DNA of 35,204 nucleotides from Candidatus Thalassarchaeaceae archaeon (GCA_030747885.1 JASLJW010000049.1:1-35204); one strand, 5' to 3'; counted from the stretch's first letter, positions 9,605 through 20,284 are shown. A program made the numbers and translations. The notes: generated by a model from the sequence alone, not told the origin.

Positions 9605-9659
9605 CCGTATACCGATGCCCTATTGAGCGGGGGGCATCAGTCCCCCTTCGGGATTGGCA

Positions 9660-12014
9660 ATGTGGTTGGACTTACTTCTTCTTGGAGTTCCATCAATTGC
9701 GACATTAATTGCATTGCACCATACTGTTATTCATCGCACTTCTCACCCACATGAATTCACTATTCTTGGATTACAGGCTTTACCATTCATAATTCTCATT
9801 TTTGCATTTTTAATCGATTATGACGCATTGCGTACTGTTCAAATAAATGGTTCTCATACTCTTCCGATTCATTATCGGATTTCAGCAGTGTGGGCTGGAC
9901 GTTCAGGACCATTATTACTCTGGATTGCCATGTTAGTCTTGGTTCGATTGTGGTGGCGACACCTTTCTTCAGAAAATGTTGAAAAGAAAACGATTGGAAC
10001 TGCTGGCGTCCTACATTGTCTAATCTTTTTCCTATTCATTGTGGCCTTTCTCCTCCAACCATTTTCATTGGATAACTCAGTAGCTAGATCGGAACTTAAT
10101 GTATTTCTTCAAACTGATTTGATGGTTATTCACCCTCCAATTGTTTTTGCATTCTATGCATTTTGTCTTGCAGTTGGTTCAGTAGCATTGGAAGGCATGT
10201 TGAATGGAAAAAACCCTTCATTGATTCATCAGGAACAATTACCCTTAGCTCGAGCAGCCTTTGTTTCTGGAACTTTAGGAATTGGTTTGGGAGGTTTGTG
10301 GGCTTACTCTGTCTTGGATTGGGGAGGGTATTGGGCGTGGGATCCTGTTGAAACTGCGTCTCTACTTCCTTGGCTTTGCACCCTGCTTATTGTTCATTTA
10401 CGAATGTCCCCAAAAGTGAAGAATCGAGGGTCAGCGATTGTTTGGTCCCCTGCTCTTGGATTACTGACAGGAGCTTTAGCCATGCATTCGACATTAGTCA
10501 CTCGTGCAAATGGAGCATGGGCCTCAGTACATGCCTTTGTTGCTTCAGAAAATGGAGACGTGTTGGCCAATGATGCATATGTCAGAGTTCTTTCATTATG
10601 GAATTCTGGTGCAGAAGGTGCTGAAGTGTTGCTTCAGTTTATCGTGATGCTTGTTTTCATTTTCTCTGCTACATATTGGCTTGGTCGCCATCAGGCAGAG
10701 AAGGTATTGATTTCAGGCCAAGAGATTTTGTTGACATCTCGCCCAATTCTAGGATTTTTGATTGTTATTGGCATAATTTCGATTCTAATTAATTCCGGAT
10801 CACTTTCAGTTGCCATTCTATTATTGCCCTCAATATTTTTGATGTTGCATGATCGAGATCAGGCACTTTTGTGGCCTTCAATAGGAGTCACCATCTTACT
10901 ATTTTCACGTTGGTCGTGGCATCTTGATTCTATTCAAGCAGGAATTGGAATGTTTTTGTTGCTTTTACCGTGGCTATTAGCACCTGAGGAAGATAAAGCG
11001 GAACAATTTCCATCTCTTTCTAAATTAGCTCTGCATGTTCCTTTAGCAGGAGGCGGTTCTTTTCTTGTCTTAACTTGGCTCTTATTATTAGCTGAAATCG
11101 ACGGCTCTTCTCCAGAAGCTCACGAAGCCTTTGGCTCTATTTTAATTGGATTATTATCAGCAGCTTTGCTAATTTATTCACTAAGAAGTGCAACGAAATT
11201 CCAACGGAGAGCAATACTTACCATGGGAATATTCATTTCAATTTCAGCAGCAATTTATGGGATGGAGATATTCCCTCTTCCTGGAAATTCAGATCAATTG
11301 TTGACCCAGTCAATCAATCGAGGACATATTAGCCGTTTTCTTTTGGTTTGGTTAATTATCGCTGCACCTCCCTCGATAGCTGATTTAGCATCTACAATTA
11401 GAAAAATAACTACAACACGTGATAGAAAACCAGCATCATTGCGTCTATTAGGTTCGCACATGGCTCATGCAGGAATTCTTCTCCTACTCATTGGACACGT
11501 TCTTACAACCACATTAGTTGATCGTGTTGACCCCTCGCATCAAATCACGTTGATTAGAAATGAAGAGGTCCGTCATGGGGATTACATTTTCAAAATGACT
11601 GACATTTTGACCACAAGTCCTGAGGATCCTGAATATGATGAACGTTTTTCAATCGGAGATGGTTTTTTTGGTATCCATATTGAAGTGTATGATCTAAGTG
11701 GTGATTTACTTGGTTCTGTTGAACCTGGTGTTTTGAGGTTTGATTCTGCCGATGGGGCAATTCGGCCACGTTCCGAAGTAGATAGAATAGTACATTGGAC
11801 TGGAGATACAATCTTGATTCTCGATTTAACTCAAATGAATCAAATAATGACTCAGGCTATGATGGGTGAATTGGATGATGTAGATAGAATACGTCTAACG
11901 GTTTATGACCTTCCTGGAAGCCATATGGTATGGATTGGATGGGCAATGATTGTTCTTGGCTCTAGCCTCACTTTAACGAGGGTCCGCACCAATGAATCCG
12001 ATGAATCTGAGTGA
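9660..12014 (+). CDS. ccmF: Cytochrome c biogenesis heme lyase CcmF/NrfE family
   Basis: WWD motif WGGYWAWDPVETASLLPW, SAVWAGRSGPLLLW, MVIHPP, SVHAF, HMAHAG, many TM segments and a CcmF_C-like soluble domain. Start at ATG 9660 or TTG 9654. Confidence 0.92.
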   Translation: MWLDLLLLGVPSIATLIALHHTVIHRTSHPHEFTILGLQALPFIILIFAFLIDYDALRTVQINGSHTLPIHYRISAVWAGRSGPLLLWIAMLVLVRLWWRHLSSENVEKKTIGTAGVLHCLIFFLFIVAFLLQPFSLDNSVARSELNVFLQTDLMVIHPPIVFAFYAFCLAVGSVALEGMLNGKNPSLIHQEQLPLARAAFVSGTLGIGLGGLWAYSVLDWGGYWAWDPVETASLLPWLCTLLIVHLRMSPKVKNRGSAIVWSPALGLLTGALAMHSTLVTRANGAWASVHAFVASENGDVLANDAYVRVLSLWNSGAEGAEVLLQFIVMLVFIFSATYWLGRHQAEKVLISGQEILLTSRPILGFLIVIGIISILINSGSLSVAILLLPSIFLMLHDRDQALLWPSIGVTILLFSRWSWHLDSIQAGIGMFLLLLPWLLAPEEDKAEQFPSLSKLALHVPLAGGGSFLVLTWLLLLAEIDGSSPEAHEAFGSILIGLLSAALLIYSLRSATKFQRRAILTMGIFISISAAIYGMEIFPLPGNSDQLLTQSINRGHISRFLLVWLIIAAPPSIADLASTIRKITTTRDRKPASLRLLGSHMAHAGILLLLIGHVLTTTLVDRVDPSHQITLIRNEEVRHGDYIFKMTDILTTSPEDPEYDERFSIGDGFFGIHIEVYDLSGDLLGSVEPGVLRFDSADGAIRPRSEVDRIVHWTGDTILILDLTQMNQIMTQAMMGELDDVDRIRLTVYDLPGSHMVWIGWAMIVLGSSLTLTRVRTNESDESE

Positions 12015-12077
12015 TTTTTCAGATTGAAGTAAGGGCCACGCTCATAAGGGTGGAGCAGGTCGCGCGGTTGTCCTTCA

Positions 12078-12084
12078 AGGAGGT
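12078..12084 (+). promoter_or_regulatory. Shine-Dalgarno site of the FKBP gene
   Basis: AGGAGGT ending 7 nt before ATG 12092. Confidence 0.8.
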
Positions 12085-12091
12085 AATATGT

Positions 12092-12922
12092 ATGGAGACC
12101 GGTTCCATTGTCCACATAGATTATGACTTGTATAATGCAGATTCAGGAGACTTAATCGAAACTACTCGAGAGGCTGTAGCCCAAGAACACGATAGACATG
12201 AAGCCAGTCAAACATATTCTCCATTAATTACGGTGATTGGAGATGGACGTCTAATCAAGGGTTTTGAATCACATCTTGAGGATGCTAAAGTCGATACAGA
12301 TTATGAGTTTGACATCCCTCCCGCGGATGCATATGGCGAACGTGATGCTAGTGCTGTAGAGGTAATGAGTTTACAGCAACTTTCACGCTCTGTTCGAGAC
12401 GCAGAAAATCTACAGATTGGTGGAATGGTTGAAATTGGAGGCAGAACCGGGATTTTGAAGTCTTTCCGTTCCGGTCGTGCTAGTGTTGATTTCAATCATG
12501 CATTAGCTGGTGTGACTCTTCGCTACAAATACAAAATCATCAAGGAAGTTACAGATCGTGCTGAGAAGGTAACGACATTGCTCGAAACAAACACTGGCCG
12601 AGATGGCTTTGAGAGTTCTTTTGATGGTGATGATCTTACTATTACTCTTCCAGAGTATGTGTCCTATGATCAGAATTGGGCCTACACGAAGTTTGGCTTA
12701 ATTCGTACATTGAGGGATCACGTAGGAGTTCAGACTATCGTTTTCAGAGAAGTTCATTCTCCGATGGTTGCAGATGAAACTAATGGTGATGCAGATGAAG
12801 ACCTAGGTTCTTTGTCCGTTGCTGAGTTGAAGGAACGTTGCAAAGCAGCGGGACTCCCTGTTGGTGGCAAGAAGGCGGATTTAATCGCTCGACTTTCAGA
12901 ATCTTCTACTGAAGAAGAATGA
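12092..12922 (+). CDS. Long-type archaeal FKBP peptidyl-prolyl isomerase (SlyD-like) with C-terminal SAP domain
   Basis: VHIDYD, GDGRLIKGFE, PPADAYGERD, VDFNHALAG. C-terminal LSVAELKERCKAAGLPVGGKKADLIARL fits the SAP consensus. Strong SD AGGAGGT before ATG 12092. Confidence 0.9.
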   Translation: METGSIVHIDYDLYNADSGDLIETTREAVAQEHDRHEASQTYSPLITVIGDGRLIKGFESHLEDAKVDTDYEFDIPPADAYGERDASAVEVMSLQQLSRSVRDAENLQIGGMVEIGGRTGILKSFRSGRASVDFNHALAGVTLRYKYKIIKEVTDRAEKVTTLLETNTGRDGFESSFDGDDLTITLPEYVSYDQNWAYTKFGLIRTLRDHVGVQTIVFREVHSPMVADETNGDADEDLGSLSVAELKERCKAAGLPVGGKKADLIARLSESSTEEE

Positions 12923-13000
12923 TTTGAGCGCAACGGTCATGACTTGGATGCTTTTCGGCAGTTTGTGGATCCATTACGTTCTAGCCCTTGTCTTGATGAC

Positions 13001-14347
13001 ATGAGTTTTTCATGGTGGGAGAGATTATCGATTTATTCACTAGGAGTAATCATTTCTATTGTTGGATTAGCAGTTCTTTCAGAATCAATGATGCAGGGTA
13101 ATTTTCTAGATTCTATTTTTCAAGAATATTTTCTCGATCCCATTCGAGCAGAGAGTATGGCCGATGGTTCTTACAACCAAGTGAATACTCTTTCATACAA
13201 CATCACTCTCATTCTTTCAGTCGTTTCTATTGCAGCAATTCTTAGAAGATTTAGAATAAGTGCTACAGAGTGTACTATTTTTGCAATTTTCCCATGGATA
13301 ATTTGGGCGTCTCTCGGTGAAGTAGTGGAGGATGCAGGACTTTTCGGGACGAGCCTTCAACCTTGGTTTGTTTCCCCAGGAATCCATTTCCAAGGTGCAA
13401 TATGGGTAATTTCTGCAGGCTTTTTTGCATCTATTGCTGCTAAATCTGGAAATCAGGAAGATGACCGTGTTTGGGTTACTGGTGCATCAATTTCATTGAT
13501 TTTGTTTCAAACAATTCTATTTCTCACATCTCTCCAAGATGGACGATTAGACACCCCCATGGAAGATTATCTCAATCTTTGGCCAGTTGCTATTTTTGGT
13601 GCTATTGGCATCATTGTTGCTATTCTATCTCATCCATTCATGGAGCGTTGGTCATCTATTGAACAGGGGCTTTTCCAAGTTGGAATAGGTGGTTGTTTGG
13701 TATTATATGGTTGTCTGCACTCTTACATTCGCATGATGATTGGATTGGAGACTTCAGGCCAACATTCAATTTTACTATCAATTGACAGATCAGCAATATT
13801 AGAATCAGGTGCGATAGAAATTTTCCACCCAGAAGTCCTTTTCTGGACTCTAATAATACCTGCATTAGTTCTCTTTCCAGTGTTTCTTTTTGTTGGCCGT
13901 CCTAATCTGCAGCGTATGAAGAATCGAGGCATCTCAATTCCAGGTTTACTTCCTTCGGGTTTATCATTAGTTGATTATGAGAAAGAAAGGACACAATTAC
14001 ATGATGACATGGAATCTCTAACATGGAAAGCAATTCTTGCATCTCCAATAGTGCTTCTTGCTATGTATGGTCAGGCAGTTGATGGAATCGCTACAGGTAT
14101 TGGATTAGTTGAATATGGATATATTGAGAAACATGTCTTTTCTAGTGCAGTAATAGAATTCTTTGGTTCTGCATATGGTTTCACGGTACTAAAATGTGTA
14201 ATTGGTCTAGTAGTTTGGTGGTTTTATTCACTTCAACGTTGGGAACATCGATATCGTCACCTTAGGATTTTGATGGCTCTTGCATTAATGACAGTAGGTT
14301 TGGCTCCTGGTCTAAGAGATGCATTCCGAATGGCCCTAGGCGTCTGA
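13001..14347 (+). CDS. DUF63-family archaeal multi-pass membrane protein
   Basis: [37 protein letters not shown] and GLAPGLRD match recalled DUF63 motifs. Start ATG 13001 preferred over TTG 12944. Confidence 0.75.
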   Translation: MSFSWWERLSIYSLGVIISIVGLAVLSESMMQGNFLDSIFQEYFLDPIRAESMADGSYNQVNTLSYNITLILSVVSIAAILRRFRISATECTIFAIFPWIIWASLGEVVEDAGLFGTSLQPWFVSPGIHFQGAIWVISAGFFASIAAKSGNQEDDRVWVTGASISLILFQTILFLTSLQDGRLDTPMEDYLNLWPVAIFGAIGIIVAILSHPFMERWSSIEQGLFQVGIGGCLVLYGCLHSYIRMMIGLETSGQHSILLSIDRSAILESGAIEIFHPEVLFWTLIIPALVLFPVFLFVGRPNLQRMKNRGISIPGLLPSGLSLVDYEKERTQLHDDMESLTWKAILASPIVLLAMYGQAVDGIATGIGLVEYGYIEKHVFSSAVIEFFGSAYGFTVLKCVIGLVVWWFYSLQRWEHRYRHLRILMALALMTVGLAPGLRDAFRMALGV

Positions 14348-14396
14348 TTCCCCGCTTCATTCAAGGCCGACCTCGTACTGGATAGGCCTGAGCCTC

Positions 14397-16007
14397 ATGG
14401 ATGTCCTTCCCTCTAGGGTTAATCGGTCTGACGAGATATTTATGGAAAGAACTGCCCATAATAAGGGACTGGTCCTTACTTTGAAGGATGAATTACAGAA
14501 GATAGAGAAGGGAGGCGGCGAAAAATATGTTGAGCGCCACCGAAATCGTGGAAAAGCATTAGCTAGAGAGCGCATTCAATCAATATGTGATCCTGGAACT
14601 GCCTTCTTGGAAATCTCTCCATTGGCAGCTCATGGGTTGTATGATGGAAGAGCCTCATCAGCTGGACTTGTTACAGGGATTGGGGTAGTACATGGTCGAG
14701 AATGTATGTTTGTTGCTAATGATGCGACTGTGAAAGGTGGCTCATATTATCCGATGACTGTTAAGAAGCATATTCGTGCACAAGAGATCGCAGAAGAGAA
14801 CAACATACCTTGTATCTATCTTGTCGACAGTGGAGGAGCATTTCTCCCAATGCAAGATGAAGTATTTCCAGATAAAGGCCACTTTGGTAGAATATTTCGC
14901 AATCAAGCAATTATGTCTGGAAAAGGAATTCCACAAATTGCTGCCGTTTGTGGTTCTTGTACCGCTGGAGGTGCATATGTTCCAGCTATGTCTGATGAAT
15001 CAATCATCGTTAAGGGAAATGGTACAATCTTCTTGGCAGGCCCTCCTTTGGTTAAGGCTGCAACTGGAGAGGAAGTTTCTGCTGAAGATTTAGGCGGAGC
15101 AGATGTTCATACTCGACTATCAGGGGTTGCAGATCATTTTGCTGAAGACGAGCCAGAAGCATTACGGATGGTTAGGAACATAGTGGAAAACCTAAATCCA
15201 ACACAAAAGACCCGTCTAGATACCATCGATTCAGAACCTCCTCGACATGATATTGAAGATCTTCTAGGGATTATTCCAGAAGATAACAGAACTCCATATG
15301 ATGTCAGAGAAGTGATTTCTAGAGTAGTTGACGGTTCCCGATTTCATGAATTCAAACCACGTTATGGGACCTCTTTAGTTTGTGGTTTTGCTCGGATTCA
15401 TGGATATCCAGTAGGAATCGTAGCAAACAATGGAATTTTGTTTTCTGAATCTTCTTTGAAGGGAGCACATTTCGTTGAACTTTGTGGCCAACGTGGTGTT
15501 CCCCTAGTTTTCTTACAGAATATTACTGGCTTTATGGTTGGCAAAGATTACGAAGCAGGCGGAATCGCGAAAGATGGAGCAAAGTTAGTAACTGCAGTTT
15601 CTTGTGTTCCAGTTCCTAAATTTACAGTGATTATTGGGGGTTCTCATGGTGCAGGAAATTATGGCATGTGTGGTAGAGCGTATGATCCACGATTTTTGTT
15701 TACGTGGCCCAATGCGAGAATATCCGTAATGGGAGGGCCTCAGGCTGCACAGGTTCTCAGTACAGTAAAGCAAGACCAGAGAATTCGAGAGGGATTAGAA
15801 CCAATGAATGATGCAGAATTGAAGGCATTTGAAGAACCAACATTGCAGAAATATGAGACTGAGGGAAGTCCATACTATTCAACCGCCAGATTATGGGATG
15901 ATGGAATTATTGATCCGAGAGACACTCGTGACATCTTGGGACTCTGTATTAGTTCTAGTCTCAACGCCCCTTTACCAGATACGAATTATGGTATATTCAG
16001 AATGTGA
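14397..16007 (+). CDS. mccB: 3-methylcrotonyl-CoA carboxylase beta (carboxyltransferase) subunit
   Basis: [79 protein letters not shown]-terminal YGIFRM. Confidence 0.93.
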   Translation: MDVLPSRVNRSDEIFMERTAHNKGLVLTLKDELQKIEKGGGEKYVERHRNRGKALARERIQSICDPGTAFLEISPLAAHGLYDGRASSAGLVTGIGVVHGRECMFVANDATVKGGSYYPMTVKKHIRAQEIAEENNIPCIYLVDSGGAFLPMQDEVFPDKGHFGRIFRNQAIMSGKGIPQIAAVCGSCTAGGAYVPAMSDESIIVKGNGTIFLAGPPLVKAATGEEVSAEDLGGADVHTRLSGVADHFAEDEPEALRMVRNIVENLNPTQKTRLDTIDSEPPRHDIEDLLGIIPEDNRTPYDVREVISRVVDGSRFHEFKPRYGTSLVCGFARIHGYPVGIVANNGILFSESSLKGAHFVELCGQRGVPLVFLQNITGFMVGKDYEAGGIAKDGAKLVTAVSCVPVPKFTVIIGGSHGAGNYGMCGRAYDPRFLFTWPNARISVMGGPQAAQVLSTVKQDQRIREGLEPMNDAELKAFEEPTLQKYETEGSPYYSTARLWDDGIIDPRDTRDILGLCISSSLNAPLPDTNYGIFRM

Positions 16008-16011
16008 TAAT

Positions 16012-16878
16012 ATGAAGTCTGTAACCAATAATCAACCTGAAACCGAATTATGTAAATTAATTATTGAAGGTCCTGTTGCAAGAATCACTCTTTCCCGACC
16101 TGATGTGTTTAATGCTCTTAACATTCAATTAATTTCTGAATTAATTGAAATTTTTGATTGGACATCTAGCAGATCTGTTTCTACACTAGGTGAATTGAAG
16201 GATTCAGAAGGAAATGAAAATCTAAGAGTATTAGTTTTGAATGGAGACGGTAGACATTTTTGTGCTGGAGCAGATATCAATATGATGAGAGACGCAGGTG
16301 CAAAAAGTTCTGAAGAGAACCGTATCGATTCCGAACGATTAGATCGATTATTCAATTCTCTATGGTCTCACCCATGTTTCACAATTGGAGCAATTCAAGG
16401 TGTGGCATTAGGAGGTGGTGCAGGATTGATTGCTTGTATGGATCATGTCATTGTGGAACCAAAGACGAGGATTGCCCTATCAGAAGGAAAATTAGGAATT
16501 TTACCCGCAGTTATTGGGCCATATGTGTATCGAAGACTGGGGAGTGCTCAATTTAGACGACTTGCGATGTTGGCATCTCGCATAGGGTCAGAAGAAGCCC
16601 TCCGAATAGGGATGGTTAACCAAGTCGAAGATAGTCCTGAAGATGCTTTAGTTGCAGTTGATGCTGTAATTTCGGAGGTATTGACTACTGGGCCAATGGC
16701 AGTTGGTGAAGCGAAACGATTGGCATTGACTTTTGATCGTTGGACTGGTACAGATGAGGAGTTACGGCTTTGGACATTAGATAAGACAAGTGAGATGCGT
16801 GCTTCGAGAGAAGGTCAAGAAGGTCTCGCCTCTTTTTTGGAAAAGAGACCTGCTGATTGGAAACCAGATCAGGAGTGA
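16012..16878 (+). CDS. Enoyl-CoA hydratase/isomerase family, likely methylglutaconyl-CoA hydratase (LiuC-like)
   Basis: FCAGADI, ALGGGAGL, LSEGKLGILPAVIGPYV, EGQEGLASFLEKR. Lies between MCC subunits. Start ATG 16012. Confidence 0.85.
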   Translation: MKSVTNNQPETELCKLIIEGPVARITLSRPDVFNALNIQLISELIEIFDWTSSRSVSTLGELKDSEGNENLRVLVLNGDGRHFCAGADINMMRDAGAKSSEENRIDSERLDRLFNSLWSHPCFTIGAIQGVALGGGAGLIACMDHVIVEPKTRIALSEGKLGILPAVIGPYVYRRLGSAQFRRLAMLASRIGSEEALRIGMVNQVEDSPEDALVAVDAVISEVLTTGPMAVGEAKRLALTFDRWTGTDEELRLWTLDKTSEMRASREGQEGLASFLEKRPADWKPDQE

Positions 16879-16882
16879 TTGA

Positions 16883-18433
16883 ATGGCTGAGCCTGAATGG
16901 ATGAAGTCGGCTCCAACGCCTATTTCATCTGTTCTTGTTGCAAACAGGGGTGAAATTGCTTGTCGAATTATCCGAGCGTGCCAGGAGATGGGAATAGAGG
17001 GAATAGCAATTCAGTCAGATTCTGATACGGGGTCATTGCATTCAGAGATGGCAGACCGGGTAGTCAATTTACCAGGTACTAGTTTAGCTGATACATATCT
17101 CAATAGTGATGCGATTATCGAGGCTGCAAAATCATGTGGTGCTGATGCAATACATCCAGGGTACGGATTTCTTTCTGAGCGAGCAGATTTTGCAAAATCC
17201 GTAACCTCAGCAGGATTGATTTGGATAGGCCCCTCGCCTGATGCGATAAATTCGATGGGAGACAAAGTAACTGCACGACGTCATATGGAGGATGCATCTG
17301 TACCTGTTATTCCTGGAAGAGAAATATTGGTTGGAGGTGATGAAAACACTACCATTGACTCATTAGTTGATGCAGCGACTTCTGTAGGGTATCCTCTCTT
17401 GTTGAAAGCTAGTGCTGGAGGAGGAGGTAAAGGAATGCGGGTTGTTCGTGAGCCTAAACGTCTTCAACAAGAATTTGCAGCCGCTCAAAGAGAGGCAGAA
17501 ACTGCTTTTGGAGATGGAACTGTATACATCGAACGTCTTTTAGAAAATTCAAGGCATATTGAAGTACAAATTCTTGCCGATAATCATGGGAATACACTTC
17601 ATTTGTTTGAAAGAGAATGTAGTATTCAACGTCGTCATCAGAAGGTAGTGGAGGAGGCTCCTTCCCCAGTACTCGATCCAAAAACTAGGGATGCCATGGG
17701 TGCAGCAGCCGTTTCGGCAGCACAGGCAGTATCTTATTCGGGAGCAGGAACAGTCGAATTCCTACTTTCTCCGGATGGTTCATTCTATTTTTTAGAAATG
17801 AATACTAGACTTCAAGTTGAGCATCCCGTCACAGAATGTATATCTGGAATTGATTTAGTTGAACAGCAGATTCGTGTTGCATCTGGTCTTCCATTACCAT
17901 TCACTCAAACTGATTTATCGATAAGAGGGCATGCAATAGAAGTCAGAATATATGCAGAAGATCCGTCTCTAGGGTTCCTTCCAGCAACAGGACCGCTTGC
18001 GGTATTCCGTCCACCTGAAGGACCAGGTGTTAGGCTAGATACGGGTGTCCGCCAAGGAGATGAAGCAAGAATTGATTTTGACCCCATGCTTGCAAAGTTG
18101 ATTGTTCACGGATCCAGTCGAGATCAAGCAATTCGAAGAATGGAAAGAGCATTGCAATCGTTTGTTATTCTTGGAGCCACAACGAATGTTGGTTTTCTAA
18201 TTGATATTATGCGTCATGAATCTTATATCGCTGGAGAAACCACTACTAATTTCATAGATATTCATTTCCCTGATGGTTGGAATTCGAAAATGTCCAACTC
18301 AACAGCAGCTGTTTTGGCCGCATCAGCAGAATTCATGGGCCTTCATAGAAATCATGCAAAATCATCTATGGAAGATGGTGGTAGAACTACATCAAATGAT
18401 CCATTTTTGCTTTTGTCTAGGAGATTCCCTTGA
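16883..18433 (+). CDS. mccA: Biotin carboxylase (N-terminal part of MCC alpha subunit)
   Basis: LVANRGEIA, IHPGYGFLSE, KASAGGGGKGMR, ERECSIQRRHQK, FLEMNTRLQVEHPVTE, RIYAEDP. No biotinyl domain in this ORF. Confidence 0.9.
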   Translation: MAEPEWMKSAPTPISSVLVANRGEIACRIIRACQEMGIEGIAIQSDSDTGSLHSEMADRVVNLPGTSLADTYLNSDAIIEAAKSCGADAIHPGYGFLSERADFAKSVTSAGLIWIGPSPDAINSMGDKVTARRHMEDASVPVIPGREILVGGDENTTIDSLVDAATSVGYPLLLKASAGGGGKGMRVVREPKRLQQEFAAAQREAETAFGDGTVYIERLLENSRHIEVQILADNHGNTLHLFERECSIQRRHQKVVEEAPSPVLDPKTRDAMGAAAVSAAQAVSYSGAGTVEFLLSPDGSFYFLEMNTRLQVEHPVTECISGIDLVEQQIRVASGLPLPFTQTDLSIRGHAIEVRIYAEDPSLGFLPATGPLAVFRPPEGPGVRLDTGVRQGDEARIDFDPMLAKLIVHGSSRDQAIRRMERALQSFVILGATTNVGFLIDIMRHESYIAGETTTNFIDIHFPDGWNSKMSNSTAAVLAASAEFMGLHRNHAKSSMEDGGRTTSNDPFLLLSRRFP

Positions 18434-18442
18434 GGTGATTTT

Positions 18443-18946
18443 ATGGTAGATCTCAAAGATTCTAGTGGAAGGATTTGGAAAATCCAGGTAAGTGGTTCTC
18501 CAGTTGTTCCAATTTCTATCGAATCAGATGGGGGGGAAATTGATTCATCTGAGATATCAATCAGTCTAGATCCTCGTCCTAATAGATTGGTTATCCATAG
18601 AAACGGAGTAGAGCAAGTTGTTTTCTGTACAAAGGTTGGAGACAAATGGTGGGTGCATCTTGATGGATCTGTAGTTGTCTTTGAAGTAATCGAACCCGGT
18701 GCATCTACATCTGGGAATAACGATGGGGAATTAACTGCTCCAATGCCCGGAAAGGTTCTGGAAGTATTGGTACCTGAAGGGGCTTCAGTTTCTGAAGGTC
18801 AACCACTAATGGTCTTGGAGGCAATGAAGATGGAACACCGAATCCTTGCTGACCTTCCAGGAATAGTTACAGCAATCCATTATGCCCCTGGAGATCAAGT
18901 GGATGCTGGAGCAGTTCTATTAGATTTGGATACTGAAAATGAATAA
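18443..18946 (+). CDS. Biotin carboxyl carrier protein with N-terminal BT-like domain (C-terminal part of split MCC alpha)
   Basis: LTAPMPGKV and the EAMKM biotinylation motif. SD GAGGTGA upstream. Confidence 0.92.
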   Translation: MVDLKDSSGRIWKIQVSGSPVVPISIESDGGEIDSSEISISLDPRPNRLVIHRNGVEQVVFCTKVGDKWWVHLDGSVVVFEVIEPGASTSGNNDGELTAPMPGKVLEVLVPEGASVSEGQPLMVLEAMKMEHRILADLPGIVTAIHYAPGDQVDAGAVLLDLDTENE

Positions 18947-19000
18947 TTTCAATTGAATTATTATTTTTTATTAATTGAATTTCCCAATTGAAAATTAAAT
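18944..19000. terminator. AT-rich intergenic region between convergent genes, probable bidirectional terminator
   Basis: Very AT-rich, with a T-tract (TTATTTTTTATT) and an inverted repeat TTTCAATTG (18947-18955) / CAATTGAAA (18985-18993). Confidence 0.45.
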
Positions 19001-20284
19001 TTACCAATTGCATTTTTCTAGATGCGTTTGTTCTTTGAACCAAGGTTGTAGAACTGCAGGAATTCGCACTCTTCCGTCATCTTCTTGGAATTGTTCCATA
19101 ATTGCAACTAGAGCTCTAGAAGTTGCAACCGCTGTAGAATTCAATGTATGGACTGAAGAGTTACCTTCCGAAGTTCTGAATCTCATTCGTAGTCGATTGG
19201 CTTGATAATCTGTACAATTAGAACATGAAACCACTTCTTTGTAATTACTAACACCTGGCAACCAGGCCTCTAAATCATATTTTTTGGCAGCAACAGTCCC
19301 CATATCACCTGTACAAATGTTGACTACACGGTAATGAAGCCCTAATTCATCCCATAAGTCAATACAATTCTGTAGAAGATCTTCATGATGATCCCATGAT
19401 TCATCTGGTTTGCAGATTATAATTTGTTCAACCTTGGTGAATTGATGTACTCTCCAAATTCCTTTGTCGGACAATCCATGCGCTCCTACTTCGCGCCTAA
19501 AGCAAGGACTAACTCCAACCATTTTCAGAGGTAGTAATGCCGGTTCAATGATTTCGTCCATGAACATCGCAGTTAGAGGATGTTCACTTGTTGCAATCGC
19601 ATAATATCCATCGGGTTGAATATCATACATGACAGTCTCAAAATCACTCAAATCAGTCACACCTTCGTATGATTCTCGATTCATCATAACTGGAGGTTGG
19701 ACTAATGTATAGCCCCGATTTACTAGAAATTCGATTGCATATTGCTGCAATGCTAATTCTAGGCGTGCAAGATCTCCTTTGAGATAGTAAAATCTTGATC
19801 CAGTTACTTTAGCAGCCCTCCCCAAATCAACCCATGAGTTTTCCTCGATGAGGTCATTGTGTACCTTTGGATCAAAATTGAATTTTGGTTTTTCTCCATG
19901 TATTGAATGAGGTGTATTTCCTTCATCATCATCACCCTTGGGAACACTTTCATGCAGAATATTGGGTATTTTCATGCGGATCCTATCTCTTTTTTCTTCA
20001 GTCTCATCTGCCTTTGAACCCAATTCTTCAATTTGTGCTCCAAGGTTAGAAACTTGAGCAAGGATTCTATTTGCTTCATCTACATCTCCAGTTTTCTTTG
20101 CAGCAGCAATTTCCCTCGCAGCTTCATTTCTTTGTTTTCGAATCTGATCTGCTCTGTAACGAAGGTCTTTCCATTCTTGATCCAATGTAATGACTTGATT
20201 GATTAAATCGTGAGAGATTCCTCTGCGATCATGATCTGCCCGAATAACCTCGGCCAGTTCTCTGAACATTCGCATCTCGAGCAT
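19001..20284 (-). CDS. serS: Seryl-tRNA synthetase (bacterial/eukaryal type)
   Basis: N-terminal coiled coil, KVTGSRFYYL, ATSEHPL, CFRREVG, RVHQFTKVE, KKYDLEAW, SCSNCTDYQ, HTLNSTAVA. Start ATG 20284 (MLEMRMF). Confidence 0.97.
   Translation of the reverse strand: MLEMRMFRELAEVIRADHDRRGISHDLINQVITLDQEWKDLRYRADQIRKQRNEAAREIAAAKKTGDVDEANRILAQVSNLGAQIEELGSKADETEEKRDRIRMKIPNILHESVPKGDDDEGNTPHSIHGEKPKFNFDPKVHNDLIEENSWVDLGRAAKVTGSRFYYLKGDLARLELALQQYAIEFLVNRGYTLVQPPVMMNRESYEGVTDLSDFETVMYDIQPDGYYAIATSEHPLTAMFMDEIIEPALLPLKMVGVSPCFRREVGAHGLSDKGIWRVHQFTKVEQIIICKPDESWDHHEDLLQNCIDLWDELGLHYRVVNICTGDMGTVAAKKYDLEAWLPGVSNYKEVVSCSNCTDYQANRLRMRFRTSEGNSSVHTLNSTAVATSRALVAIMEQFQEDDGRVRIPAVLQPWFKEQTHLEKCNW

Noticed and set aside
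15829..16011. Long N-terminal extensions in the ORF track (also uvrB 4674, ubiA 6358, ubiD 8319, GGR 8318, FKBP 12011, serS 20308, presenilin 22511)
   Set aside because: They overlap neighbouring genes or promoters. Downstream ATGs fit family N-termini and SD positions better.
18431..18433. In-frame TGA as selenocysteine
   Set aside because: It is not at a catalytic Cys position, no SECIS-like element was seen, and the same stop/SD geometry recurs at other junctions.
18944..19010. Repeated CAATTG in an AT-rich stretch as a possible origin or MITE
   Set aside because: Only ~55 bp between convergent genes, with no ORB motifs, cdc6 or target-site duplication. A terminator explains it.
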